Below, piece by piece: positions 28,537 to 38,991 of a DNA stretch of 64,000 bases. Each line of letters opens with the position of its first letter. Position 1 is the stretch's first letter. The notes below the pieces were generated by a model. It was given only the letters and a program-made list of their open reading frames with translations, was not told the origin of the DNA and did not search any database. A program made the translations under genes and the position numbers. Source of the DNA: Chloroflexota bacterium (GTDB lineage Bacteria > Chloroflexota > Anaerolineae > J102); NCBI GenBank assembly GCA_013151415.1, contig JAADII010000169.1, forward strand, positions 2,545-66,544, read 5' to 3'.

Positions 28537-31500
28537 ATGATAGGTGCCCGAGGACGATATATTTCGTTGATGGTGTTGGTGATGGGCGTATTGTTCATGT
28601 TGTTGGCGCCGGCCCTTGCCACGCCGGCCTACGCCCAAGGCGGTCCTCCGGTGGTGTTCACCGGTAATGTCCCTATGGATTTTCCCGCGGGTTCGGCCTT
28701 TCTATACGATCCGGGCCTCTCGCCTCCCGCCAATCCTCCCGAATGGGATGTTTCCATGCCCAACACCTGGCCTCTGGAGCAACAAGTGAGCGGTTGGGAC
28801 ATGGAGTATCTCGCCTTCTTTTATGATGGCCCTTCTGATGTCATGTATGTGGGAATTCAGTACTTCGATGCAGGCACGGTGTTCGAGTTTTTGGGCGGCG
28901 CGGTGACTCATACATTGATTTCCGATGTCATCGCCGGCGATGCAGACCATGATGGGGATCCGGGAGGCGCAAGCACCTATTTGCAGGCGTCGGGCGGCGT
29001 GGATATGCCGGATATTGGCAATGGGGAAGCCATTGTGTTGATCATCGACACCAACCTGGACGGCGCGGGCGACGCGATTGTAGGCGTGCCTCAGACGGGT
29101 GACGTCACCAACTTCCATATCGCGCAATTCAGCCCGCCTGATCCTGCGAATCCACTGGCCGATCCGGCCAATTCGTTTGGCGCGCCCCTCACCGGCTCGA
29201 CGGCCACGCTGTATGCCAACCCCACCATCACCCAACCCGATCTGGAATTCAGCATCAGCAATTTTTCCAATCTGCCCAATCTCAATTTCGACCCCGCGGT
29301 GGATTGCGTTTTCGAGGCCAACTTTCTTGCTTTTAGCGGCAGCATTGTGGATGTAGCGCCGGGCGAAGACTATCTCCCCGTGCCCGAACAGCTTGCCAAC
29401 TTCAGCTTCGACGTGGTGCGACCCGAGGCCGAGGTGACGAAAAGCCTGGTCAACACGACGCCTATCGAGAACGGCGATACGGTTACTTATGAAATCGTCA
29501 TCAACAATCCGGGCTGCTCCACCATGAGCGCGATTCCGCTCACCGACACCTTCGATGCAAACATTTTGCAATACGCAAACGCGACCGTCGCCCCCGATCT
29601 TGTAGACAACCTGAACGGATTGCTGGTCTGGAACGATGTCACCACGACATTGGGCGATGTGCTCACAGGGAACGCAATCACCATCACCGTCGAATTCACG
29701 GCCACACAAGCCACGCCCGTGGGCTCGCCTACGGTCAACCAGGCCAGCGTGGCCGGCGCCACCGACACCAACGGTTATGAAGCGCCCGCCTCTTCCTCGA
29801 GCACAGGTGTGGATGTATATGAGGCCGGCCTGAGTCTGGTGAAGACGGCCGGGACAGTGGGCGATGGGGAAATCTGGTATGTGGACGCCAGCACCGCGCC
29901 CACTAATGTGACTTTCACCTATGTTCTAACCAACACCGGCAACACCTATCTCACCGATCTCACCATCACCGATGACCACGGCACGCCGAGCAATTCGGGC
30001 GATGATGTCACCATAACCTCAGTCGAGTGCCCCGCCCTGGCCGGGCCCCTTGCACCGAATGGGTCGGTCACCTGTACGGCCGACATTTCTGTCAGCGGAC
30101 CATTCCCGGTGACCAACACGGCCACGGTTACAGGAACGCCAAGCAACGAGGTCGGCTCGCCTCTCGCCGGCATCACCCCGCCCAGCGCGGGCGACGATGC
30201 CGTGGTGGACGCATTCACGCCCAATCTCGCATTCACCAAGCTGGCCGGTAATGCGCCCGATGGCGGCGTTTACGAGATCACCAGCCCCGAGATCGTCACT
30301 TACACCTACATCATCACCAACACCGGCGATAGCTACCTGAGCAGCATGGTCATCACCGATGACCTGGGCACGCCGACCGACCCTGTCGATGACCTGGTCA
30401 TTGATTCAGGCTCATGCGCCGGTTTGGCTGGGCCGCTCGCGCCCTTGGGCTCCGTAATCTGTACGGCTTTCATCTCGGTGAACGCCGACGTCACCAATGT
30501 GGCCGCGATCTCGGCCAACCCCACCGATAACTTGGGCGCGGACCTGCCCGGCCTGGACGATCAAACCGCGCAGGACGACGCCATTGTCAACCTCATCGCG
30601 CCGGATTTGAGCTTGCAAAAGACGGTCTATCTCGGCGACGACAACGGCGTTTCTTGCCCGGGCGGCGAACTTGTCTTCGCTCCTTCCGGCTACGTGGTCA
30701 CTTATTGCTTCGAAGTCAGCAACATTGGCGACACTTATCTGGATAGCATTGTCATCACCGATACTGCGCTCAGCATCCCCACCTCGACCACACCCATCCT
30801 GCTTTCCGGGACAACCCCGCTCGCGCCCGGCAACACAGCTGTTTATTACATCACCGACACCATCGCCAGCGACCTGATAAACACGGCCCTGGTGAGCGCC
30901 AATCCCACCGATAACCTCGGCGCCGACCTGCCCCAATATCCCGACAATCCCACCGACTCGGACACAGCCGAGGTGCAGGTCGCGCCCGATCCCACCGTTT
31001 CTGTGAGCAAAACCCTCCTCCCTCCCCTGGTGACGCCCATCGCCGTAACCGACACCATCACCTTCGAGGTGGTCATCACCAACACTGGCCAAACCACCCT
31101 GACCACCTGGTCGGTGGTGGATGACGGCTTCACCACCGGCATGAGCCTGGTCGCGGCCACTCCCACACCCGATAGCGCGGGCCCGCCCATTGCATGGAAT
31201 GCATCATTGCCCGCGCTCGCGGCCGGAGATTCCTTCACCATCACAGTGCAGTTTTTGGTTACGGCTTCGGGAACGCATACAAACACGGTCACGGTGAACG
31301 GCCAAGACGAATTCGGTCGATCCATAACCGAGACCGTCGCCTCTTCAACGGTGGACTTTGTCGATCTCGATTACGGCGATGCGCCCGATCCCACCTATCC
31401 CACCCTTTTGGTCAACGACGGCGCCGCGCATGCGTTGGTGAGCAACGGGCCTTTCATGGGCGCGTGCATCGATCCTGAAACCAACGGCCAGCCCTCCGCC

Positions 31501-34500
31501 AACGCGGACGGCGACGATGTGAACGACACCGCCATAGGGTGCGCCGATGACGAAAATGGCGTCACGCTGCCCACGCAGCTGCTCCCCGGCGACAACCAGG
31601 CGCAGGTGACGGTCGATCTGAGCAATTCACCGCAGGCGTGTTTGCTCAACGCCTGGGTCGATTTCAACGGCGACGGCGTTTGGAGCGCGGGAGAGCAAAT
31701 CTTCACCGACGAACCACTCTCGTTGGGCGTGAACAATCTCACCTTTGCGGTTCCCGGCGACGCGGCGAGCGGAACCACCTACGCCCGCTTCCGATGCAGC
31801 ACTCAAAGCGCGCTGGGCGTCACCGGTCGGGCGAATGATGGCGAGGTGGAAGATTACGCGGTGGAGATAGCCGCCGGCGTAGACTATGGCGACGCTCCCG
31901 ATCAACCGCCCGTGCTCAATTATCCCACTCAGCTCAGCAGCAATGGCGCCGGTCACACCCAGGTCGCGAACGGGCCCTTCATGGGCGCGTGCGTCGACGC
32001 GGAGCCGGATGGCCAGGCGGGATTGAACGCGGATGGCGACGATGCCAACAACACCATCCCCGGTTGCTCCAATGATGAAGATGGCGTCACGCTGCCCACG
32101 CAGCTGCTCCCCGGCGACAACCAGGCGCAGGTGACGGTCGATCTGAGCAATTCGCCGCAGGCGTGTTTGCTCAACGCCTGGATCGATTTCGACGGCAGCG
32201 GCTCGTGGGAGAACGACGAACAGATATTCGTTGATCAGACCCTTTCCGTGGGCGTCAATAATCTCACCTTTGCGGTTCCCGGCGATGCGGCGAGCGGAAC
32301 CACCTACGCCCGCTTCCGATGCAGCACTCAGAGCGGCTTGGCCGTGGACGGCATCGCGCCCGATGGCGAGGTGGAGGATTATGTGGTGGAGATCGCCCAA
32401 CCCGTGGACTATGGCGACGCGCCGTCGAGCTATCCCACCCTTCTCGCCAATAACGGCGCGCGGCATACGCAGACGGCGAACAGCCCCTTCATGGGCGCGT
32501 GCGTCGACGCGGAGCCGGACGGTCAACCGAACGCTCTCGCGGATGGCGACAACGCCAATGACACCATCGTCGGCTGCACCAACGATGAAGATGGCGTCAC
32601 GCTGCCCACGCAGCTGCTCCCCGGCGACAACCAGACGCAGGTGACGGTCGATCTGAGCAATTCGCCACAGACGTGTTTGCTCAACGCCTGGGTCGATTTC
32701 AACAGCGATGGCGTTTGGGGCGCGGGAGAGCAAATCTTCACCGACGAACCGCTTTCGGTGGGCGTGAACAATCTCACCTTTGCGGTTCCCGGCGACGCGG
32801 TGGGCGGCGCCACCTACGCCCGCTTCCGATGCAGCACCCAAAGCGCTCTTGGCCCAGATGGGCCGGCTTCGGATGGCGAGGTCGAGGACTATCTTGTGGA
32901 AATCGCCACGCCCGTAGACTATGGCGACGCGCCGGATACAGGACAGGGATACAACTATGCCACGTTGCTCAGCAACGGCGGCGCCGCCCATTTGCTGGTG
33001 AACAACAACCCCTTCATGGGCGCATGCGTGGATGCCGAGCCGGACGGTCAGCCCAGTGTTGGCGCCACCGATGATGACAATGCGAACACGATTTCCGGTT
33101 GCACCGACGATGAAGACGGCGTCACGTTGCCCTCATCGCTCATCCCCGGCCAATTATTGACTCCGGTCACGATTGATTTGAGCAATTCGCCGCAGACATG
33201 TTTGCTCAACGCCTGGATCGATTTCAACCGCAACACGCGCTGGGATGCAGACGAACAGATATTCAGCGACCAGGCGCTCAGCGTGGGCGTGAACAACCTC
33301 ACCTTCGCCGTGCCCGCTGACGCGGCAGCCGGAACGACCTACGCCCGCTTCCGGTGCAGCACGTCGGGCGGCATTGGCCCTGATTCTCTGGCCGCGGATG
33401 GCGAAGTGGAAGATTACGCCGTCGTGATCGAGCCGACGGGAAGCATTGGCGACTATGTCTGGTACGACGCCAATAGCAATGGCGTGCAAGATGTGAGCGA
33501 ATCCGGCATCGCCAATGTGAGAGTGCGGCTCTATGCTGATGATGGAGATGGGAATTTCGAGCCGGGCGGAGATGACGCTTTGCTCGATGAAACCTACACC
33601 GACGCGGATGGCGGTTACCTTTTCCGCTATCTCGTTGCCGGCGATTACTTCGTGCATGTGGATGAGACTTCGCCTGCGCTGAGCGGCCTCTCCTTTGTTT
33701 CGGGACCGCAAAGCCCAGGCAACCCGCACCCGCTCATTTCCTTGGGCTCGGGGCAAGACTATCGCGACGCCGACTTTGGTTATGTTGCGGAGCCCCTGCC
33801 GGGCAATGCAATGGTCGGCGACACCGTTTTCTATGATGGGAATGGCAACGGTCTGCAAGACGCGGGCGAGCCGGGCATTGCGGGCGTCACGGTCGTTGTG
33901 CAAGATAGCGGCGCCAACCCCATCGGCTCGGCGGTCACCGATGACAACGGCCATTATCTCATCGAGGTTCCGGCCGGATCGGGATATTCGGTCGCGCCCG
34001 TGAATCCATCGGGGTTGACCCCCACCACGCCCCAGCCGATCTTATTGCCCACCTTAAACGACGGCGACCAATATCTCGATGCGGATTTCGGCTTCGATAG
34101 CCCCGACCTGGGCCAAATCGATGGCGTGGTGTTCGACGACAAAGACAACGACGGCGTCTATAGCCCCATCACCGACACGATCATTCCCGGCGTCAGCGTG
34201 CAACTGATTCGCGATGACGACGGCGATGGCGTGTGGGATGCCGGAGAACCGGTCCTTGCCTCTGTATTAACGAATGGCTCGGTCGATGGAAACAACAACA
34301 CCTACAGTTTCAGCGGTCTGCCGGCCGATGACTATCTGGTGCGCGTTTCGGATACGCACAATGTATTGAGCAGTTATGTCGTGGGCGTGTTGGGCGCGCC
34401 CGACACCGACCATAACAGCCAGGCCCAACCCTATTCCGTGGCTCTACCTGTGGCCGGCATCGCGCTTACAGCGGATTTCGGATACTTCCAGGCGGGCGGA

Positions 34501-35499
34501 GGCGTTGCCGGCGATGCAACGGGCGTCATCGGCAATCAGGTGTGGCATGATGTGAACGGCAACGGTCTCTACGAGCCGGGCAACGGCGAAAGCGGCATTG
34601 CCGGCGTCACAGTCGAGTTGCGCGTGGGCGCGTCGGTGGTCGCGACGACCACGACCGGCGCCTCGGGCGGGTACGTATTTACGAACCTGGCGGCCAATAC
34701 ATACAACGTGCGCGTGACCGATGACGCGGGCGTGCTGACGGGCTATCTGGTTTCGCTACTCGGCCCCAACCCCGGCCAGGATAACAACAACCAAAGCCAG
34801 CCTTACACCATCACTTTGGCGTCTGGGGCGTTCAACTTCACGGCCGATTTCGCCTACGCGCGACCGGTCACCATCACCGGCTTCACCTACTTCGATGTCA
34901 ACGGAGATGGCGCCCGCCAGGGCGGCGAACCGGGCGTCAGCGGCATTCCCATTACACTGACCAATGTTTCCACCGGTCAGGTCGTGAGCACCACGCTTTC
35001 ATACAATGGGCCTTACACATTCGCGAACCAACCTCCCGGAACCTATCGTCTTGACGCGCCTTCCACAGCGCCGGGCCTGTTGCGCACATCGTTATCGCCA
35101 TTGCAGATCACGGTCCTAAGCGGCGGGATCAGCCCAGACAACGACTTCGGATACATTGCGCCCACCAATGTCACATTGGTCGATTTTACAGCCTTGGCCG
35201 GAACAGAGGGCAATGTATTGCGCTGGCAGACCTCCTACGAGAACGAGGTGCAAGGCTTTGTGGTCTTCCGTTCACCCACGCCCAATGATGGTTTTCAGGC
35301 CATATCCGAGCTCATTTCTGCAAGTGGAAATCCGGCTGGTTCCACATATGAATGGGTGGATACGACCGCGAAGCCCGGCGTAAACTATTGGTATAAGCTG
35401 CAAAGTTGGCCCGACGGCGAGTTCTTCGGTCCTGTGCCTTTGCGCGACGACCCCGGCGAAGCCGCTCCCCAGTTATACCTGCCCTTTGTCACGCGGTAG
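28537..35499 (+). CDS. 2320-aa secreted surface protein/adhesin: unique N-terminal domain, DUF11-like Ig repeats, 4 GEVED repeats, 5 SdrD B-like domains, C-terminal FN3-like domain and YLP motif
   Basis: Signal peptide ending AYA-Q; DYGDAP...GEVEDY x4; G-D/N-x-VW/F-x-D-x-N-x-NG...EPG x5; ends LYLPFVTR. Confidence 0.92.
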   Translation: MIGARGRYISLMVLVMGVLFMLLAPALATPAYAQGGPPVVFTGNVPMDFPAGSAFLYDPGLSPPANPPEWDVSMPNTWPLEQQVSGWDMEYLAFFYDGPSDVMYVGIQYFDAGTVFEFLGGAVTHTLISDVIAGDADHDGDPGGASTYLQASGGVDMPDIGNGEAIVLIIDTNLDGAGDAIVGVPQTGDVTNFHIAQFSPPDPANPLADPANSFGAPLTGSTATLYANPTITQPDLEFSISNFSNLPNLNFDPAVDCVFEANFLAFSGSIVDVAPGEDYLPVPEQLANFSFDVVRPEAEVTKSLVNTTPIENGDTVTYEIVINNPGCSTMSAIPLTDTFDANILQYANATVAPDLVDNLNGLLVWNDVTTTLGDVLTGNAITITVEFTATQATPVGSPTVNQASVAGATDTNGYEAPASSSSTGVDVYEAGLSLVKTAGTVGDGEIWYVDASTAPTNVTFTYVLTNTGNTYLTDLTITDDHGTPSNSGDDVTITSVECPALAGPLAPNGSVTCTADISVSGPFPVTNTATVTGTPSNEVGSPLAGITPPSAGDDAVVDAFTPNLAFTKLAGNAPDGGVYEITSPEIVTYTYIITNTGDSYLSSMVITDDLGTPTDPVDDLVIDSGSCAGLAGPLAPLGSVICTAFISVNADVTNVAAISANPTDNLGADLPGLDDQTAQDDAIVNLIAPDLSLQKTVYLGDDNGVSCPGGELVFAPSGYVVTYCFEVSNIGDTYLDSIVITDTALSIPTSTTPILLSGTTPLAPGNTAVYYITDTIASDLINTALVSANPTDNLGADLPQYPDNPTDSDTAEVQVAPDPTVSVSKTLLPPLVTPIAVTDTITFEVVITNTGQTTLTTWSVVDDGFTTGMSLVAATPTPDSAGPPIAWNASLPALAAGDSFTITVQFLVTASGTHTNTVTVNGQDEFGRSITETVASSTVDFVDLDYGDAPDPTYPTLLVNDGAAHALVSNGPFMGACIDPETNGQPSANADGDDVNDTAIGCADDENGVTLPTQLLPGDNQAQVTVDLSNSPQACLLNAWVDFNGDGVWSAGEQIFTDEPLSLGVNNLTFAVPGDAASGTTYARFRCSTQSALGVTGRANDGEVEDYAVEIAAGVDYGDAPDQPPVLNYPTQLSSNGAGHTQVANGPFMGACVDAEPDGQAGLNADGDDANNTIPGCSNDEDGVTLPTQLLPGDNQAQVTVDLSNSPQACLLNAWIDFDGSGSWENDEQIFVDQTLSVGVNNLTFAVPGDAASGTTYARFRCSTQSGLAVDGIAPDGEVEDYVVEIAQPVDYGDAPSSYPTLLANNGARHTQTANSPFMGACVDAEPDGQPNALADGDNANDTIVGCTNDEDGVTLPTQLLPGDNQTQVTVDLSNSPQTCLLNAWVDFNSDGVWGAGEQIFTDEPLSVGVNNLTFAVPGDAVGGATYARFRCSTQSALGPDGPASDGEVEDYLVEIATPVDYGDAPDTGQGYNYATLLSNGGAAHLLVNNNPFMGACVDAEPDGQPSVGATDDDNANTISGCTDDEDGVTLPSSLIPGQLLTPVTIDLSNSPQTCLLNAWIDFNRNTRWDADEQIFSDQALSVGVNNLTFAVPADAAAGTTYARFRCSTSGGIGPDSLAADGEVEDYAVVIEPTGSIGDYVWYDANSNGVQDVSESGIANVRVRLYADDGDGNFEPGGDDALLDETYTDADGGYLFRYLVAGDYFVHVDETSPALSGLSFVSGPQSPGNPHPLISLGSGQDYRDADFGYVAEPLPGNAMVGDTVFYDGNGNGLQDAGEPGIAGVTVVVQDSGANPIGSAVTDDNGHYLIEVPAGSGYSVAPVNPSGLTPTTPQPILLPTLNDGDQYLDADFGFDSPDLGQIDGVVFDDKDNDGVYSPITDTIIPGVSVQLIRDDDGDGVWDAGEPVLASVLTNGSVDGNNNTYSFSGLPADDYLVRVSDTHNVLSSYVVGVLGAPDTDHNSQAQPYSVALPVAGIALTADFGYFQAGGGVAGDATGVIGNQVWHDVNGNGLYEPGNGESGIAGVTVELRVGASVVATTTTGASGGYVFTNLAANTYNVRVTDDAGVLTGYLVSLLGPNPGQDNNNQSQPYTITLASGAFNFTADFAYARPVTITGFTYFDVNGDGARQGGEPGVSGIPITLTNVSTGQVVSTTLSYNGPYTFANQPPGTYRLDAPSTAPGLLRTSLSPLQITVLSGGISPDNDFGYIAPTNVTLVDFTALAGTEGNVLRWQTSYENEVQGFVVFRSPTPNDGFQAISELISASGNPAGSTYEWVDTTAKPGVNYWYKLQSWPDGEFFGPVPLRDDPGEAAPQLYLPFVTR
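31365..33435 (+). repeat. Four tandem ~510-530 bp GEVED-domain repeats with near-identical DNA blocks
   Basis: GTCACGCTGCCCACGCAGCTGCTCCCCGGCGACAACCAG occurs at 31561, 32086 and 32596, with a diverged copy at 33121. Confidence 0.9.
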
Positions 35500-35523
35500 C
35501 CGCGCAGCACCCCCTGACCATGC

Positions 35524-35560
35524 GACGAGAGGACGATGCATTCTTCATCGTCCTCTCGTC
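35524..35560. terminator. Perfect 15-bp-stem hairpin between convergent genes
   Basis: GACGAGAGGACGATG-cattctt-CATCGTCCTCTCGTC. Confidence 0.7.
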
Positions 35561-35570
35561 TTTCATGGCC

Positions 35571-36218
35571 TTAATCGCGACAGAGCAGCGAACGTAGAAT
35601 CCATAGGAAGGCCAAAACAACCGCGGCCACGACCCCCGCGCGAACATAGGGATCGTATTCTTCGGGAACATACTCGCGATACATGTCGCGGGCCACGCCT
35701 AGGGCCAGGTCCATTTCGGTGGGGGGGGTGAAATCGGGCGGGGCGGGCGCTTCGCTCTCGGCCGCCTCGACCGGATGCAAACGATGTTGTATGAGTTTAT
35801 CGAGACTTTCAAGGCTTTGCCGAGTGAGCGAACGGGCCGTTGTATCGAGCATGCGCTGTCCCACGCCGGCAATGCGGCCGCCCACCTGCGCCTCGCCACT
35901 GTAGGTGAGCACGGTCGCGCCATCCTTTTCTTCCAGACGAGCTTCGCCCTGACCGCGCACAAAGCCCGCCGCGCCGCGACCATCCAACACCATGTGAAAA
36001 CTCTCCGGCTCGTTCAATTCAGACAACGTAACTTTGCCCATGAACCGGCCCTGCACCGGCCCAACGCGCACATTGAGCGCGCCCTTAAACTCATTTTCGG
36101 CCACCCTCTCCAAACTTTCGCAGCCTGGCAGTATCTGGGAAAGCGCATCGGGGTCCATGATCGCGTCCCACACAGCCTGTCGTGGCGCCTGAAAAGTGTA
36201 GGTTCCGGAAATTTCCAT
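35571..36218 (-). CDS. CoxG/SRPBCC family protein with C-terminal membrane anchor
   Basis: Motifs VWDAIMDP, PGCESLE, VGPVQG and GGRIAGVGQRM; terminal TM helix. Confidence 0.88.
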   Translation of the reverse strand: MEISGTYTFQAPRQAVWDAIMDPDALSQILPGCESLERVAENEFKGALNVRVGPVQGRFMGKVTLSELNEPESFHMVLDGRGAAGFVRGQGEARLEEKDGATVLTYSGEAQVGGRIAGVGQRMLDTTARSLTRQSLESLDKLIQHRLHPVEAAESEAPAPPDFTPPTEMDLALGVARDMYREYVPEEYDPYVRAGVVAAVVLAFLWILRSLLCRD

Positions 36219-36283
36219 GAATCCGCCTCCTTGGGGATATTGGGGGGATGGATGACGAAACTTGAACAAATGTAAGTCTGGAT

Positions 36284-37108
36284 TCAATTCTTGATCTTGG
36301 TCAGCAGTGCATCGGTTAGCCAGGGAGCAAAGCGGTTAAGTCGCCATGCCAAACGACCAAAGGGACTAAGCACCACCAAACGAGGCCGCTCGTAGGCGGC
36401 TCGTAAAATCGCTTCGGCCACTTGCTCGGTGGTTTGCGTTCCGGGCGCGCGCTGGCGACGACGCGAACGATGTAAGCCACCCTCGCGCAATATGCCCTTT
36501 TCGGCCAGTTTGGCGCCACTGGTGAAATAAGGGCAAACCGTAACCACGCCAATGCCATATGGCTTCAATTCCACATACAATGTCTGACCCAGGCTAATGA
36601 GAGCGGCTTTGGATGCGCTGTACGCGCCGCTGGTGGGAAGGCCAAAAAAACCCGCCACTGAAGCGATATTTACGATCGCGCCTCGACTTTGCTTGAGATG
36701 CGGCAGCGCGGCCCGCGTGCAATAGACCACGCCAAAATAGTTGACCGCGAACTGCCGCTCCATATCTCCGGGTTGCAAGTGCTCAAACTTGCCCGAAACC
36801 AACATGCCCGCGTTGTTGATCAACACATCCAAACTCCCAAATTCTGCGATCGTTTGCTCAACCATACGCTGGCATTGTTGGGGATCGCTCACATCCACGG
36901 TGAGGGGCGACGCCGCCTTCGGGCCGCCCAAGCGCCTGGCCAATGTCTCCAGCGCCTCGGTGGAGCGGGCCGCCAAAGCCACGCGCGCGCCGGCCTCGCG
37001 AAAAGCTATGGCAGTGGCCCTGCCAATGCCTGTGGAAGCCCCTGTGATAAGAACGACTTTATCTGTGAAATCAGGCCTTTGTCGTCCGGCCGCCCGAAAG
37101 CGAATCAT
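36284..37108 (-). CDS. SDR family oxidoreductase
   Basis: Motifs TGASTGIG, NNAG and YSASK. Confidence 0.95.
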   Translation of the reverse strand: MIRFRAAGRQRPDFTDKVVLITGASTGIGRATAIAFREAGARVALAARSTEALETLARRLGGPKAASPLTVDVSDPQQCQRMVEQTIAEFGSLDVLINNAGMLVSGKFEHLQPGDMERQFAVNYFGVVYCTRAALPHLKQSRGAIVNIASVAGFFGLPTSGAYSASKAALISLGQTLYVELKPYGIGVVTVCPYFTSGAKLAEKGILREGGLHRSRRRQRAPGTQTTEQVAEAILRAAYERPRLVVLSPFGRLAWRLNRFAPWLTDALLTKIKN

Positions 37109-37172
37109 GATTGCGGTCTGTGGGCCAGCGAGCCGACAACACGCGGCGCGGGCTCATGAGTCCTTATCCGCG

Positions 37173-37490
37173 TCAATGAATGAGAGAGGGATCAAACCCC
37201 ATCACAGGACGATCGGGCAAATCAGGACGTTGCGTCTTGATTTCGCCAAAACGCTTTTCATATTTTGCCAGGTTCTGACCCAACGCCTGCAGCAGCAACT
37301 TGGCATGATAAGGCGTGAGCACCAATCTCGTATGGACGCGCGTTTTGGGCGCGCCGGGCGCAACGTGAGCGAAATCGATGAGGATTTCATTGTAGCCGTG
37401 ATTGACAATGGCAAAATTGGTGTAGGCTGGCGTCAGATCGGCGGGAATTTCTATCTGAAGTTGGTTGGGCTTCTGAGGTTTGGATGTCAT
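37173..37490 (-). CDS. DUF3467 family protein
   Basis: YTNFAIVNH..EILIDF...RLVLTPYHAK...YEKRFGEI; TTGACA-17-CACAAT upstream at 37526-37554. Confidence 0.88.
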   Translation of the reverse strand: MTSKPQKPNQLQIEIPADLTPAYTNFAIVNHGYNEILIDFAHVAPGAPKTRVHTRLVLTPYHAKLLLQALGQNLAKYEKRFGEIKTQRPDLPDRPVMGFDPSLIH

Positions 37491-37882
37491 GAGGGGGCTC
37501 CTGAGAACGTCGTTGGATGCCCTCCATTGTGCCTTGACGCGGCGCGGATGTCAAGCGCTCAGCAAGCCTTGGGCCGGTGGGGCGCGTTGCGCGAAACGCC
37601 CATATATGCTAAGATGAAGCTGCCAGACGCCATCATTGTCTTTCATTTCACACATTATCTCTTTCATTTTTTATTGTTCCCGAAAGCGTGCAAGCGTAAC
37701 GCATCCTGTCGCCCCTCCACCACTCACGTTTCATTGGTTTTTTCGCTTATGCTCTTCAATTATTAATCTTCATCCTGCTTGAGACGCTTTCATTTTCATC
37801 TCTTTATTTCTTTATCTTTCATTCCTTCGTCATTTGGGCTCTCTCTATCTTTGGGTCTGGCATCATCGAGAGGGCTTGACAA

Positions 37883-38980
37883 GTGAATAGTCATTCACAT
37901 AGGAGGTTGCTTCCTCTCGTGAACATTGATCGGATTTTTCGCATTCTAGGACTCATTCTTTTTGCAATCATCGGGTGGCAGGCGGGCGTTATCTTCACCC
38001 AAACCAGCGAACCCTTCACCGATCTCGAAGCGCTCAAATATATCATCCCACTAACTCTGCTTGGCGGCGCGCTGGGGTGGGTCATCGCTCCCTGGATTTC
38101 GACGCGACCGGCCAAACTGGCGGTTCGCAGCTTTCGCAACATCCCCATTGAAGACATCATCGCCGGAGCCATTGGCTTGGCCCTGGGCTTGGTGGTGGCC
38201 GCGCTTCTGGCAATACCGCTTTCGCAGTTGCCCTCGCCTTTTGGCTCCATCTTACCTTTCGTGGCCAGCATTGTGTTTGGTTATATGGGCGCCATGGTGA
38301 CGGTTTTACGCCGCGAAGACCTGACCCGTTTGCTATCTCGCACCAGACGCACCCCCGAACCGAGCATCGAAAAAACCATCACTGGCCCTCGACCCGTCTT
38401 GCTGGACACCAGCGTGATCATCGATGGCCGCATCGCCGACGTGGCTCGCACCGGTTTCCTGGCCGGGCCGCTACTGGTCCCGCGCTTTGTGTTGGCCGAA
38501 CTGCAATACATAGCAGATTCGGCCGACCCTTTGCGCCGCGCGCGCGGGCGCCGCGGCCTGGAGGTGTTGGACGAACTCCAGAACATGGATGAGCCAAAGC
38601 TGGAAATCACCGACCTCGACGCGCCCGGCGTACGCGAAGTGGACGAAAAATTGATGACTTTGGCCCGACAATATGATCTGGCCATTGTAACCAATGATTA
38701 CAATCTCAATCGCGTGGCCATGCTTCAGGGCATCACGGTGCTCAATCTCAACGATCTGGCCAACGCAATGAAAGCCATCTATCTGCCTGGCGAGCGTCTT
38801 CGTCTCAGGGTCATCCAGGAGGGCAAGGAATATGGCCAGGGCGTGGGTTATCTCGATGATGGCACCATGGTGGTGGTGGAAAACGGCAACCGTTATATTG
38901 GCCAGGAAATCGACCTGGTGGTGACCAAAGTGCTGCAAACCAGTGCTGGCCGCATGATCTTCGCCGCGCCGGCAAAGTAA
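37883..38980 (+). CDS. YacL-like membrane PIN/TRAM domain protein
   Basis: TM N-terminus; motifs [24 protein letters not shown] and [12 protein letters not shown]. Confidence 0.93.
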   Translation: MNSHSHRRLLPLVNIDRIFRILGLILFAIIGWQAGVIFTQTSEPFTDLEALKYIIPLTLLGGALGWVIAPWISTRPAKLAVRSFRNIPIEDIIAGAIGLALGLVVAALLAIPLSQLPSPFGSILPFVASIVFGYMGAMVTVLRREDLTRLLSRTRRTPEPSIEKTITGPRPVLLDTSVIIDGRIADVARTGFLAGPLLVPRFVLAELQYIADSADPLRRARGRRGLEVLDELQNMDEPKLEITDLDAPGVREVDEKLMTLARQYDLAIVTNDYNLNRVAMLQGITVLNLNDLANAMKAIYLPGERLRLRVIQEGKEYGQGVGYLDDGTMVVVENGNRYIGQEIDLVVTKVLQTSAGRMIFAAPAK

Positions 38981-38991
38981 AGGGAGATATT

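Noticed and set aside
35571-36218. CO dehydrogenase cluster implied by coxG
   Set aside because: No coxMSL genes nearby; it is a stand-alone SRPBCC protein.
37616-38991. T-box riboswitch for cysS
   Set aside because: No T-box consensus or terminator was found, and cysS starts 11 bp after the upstream gene.
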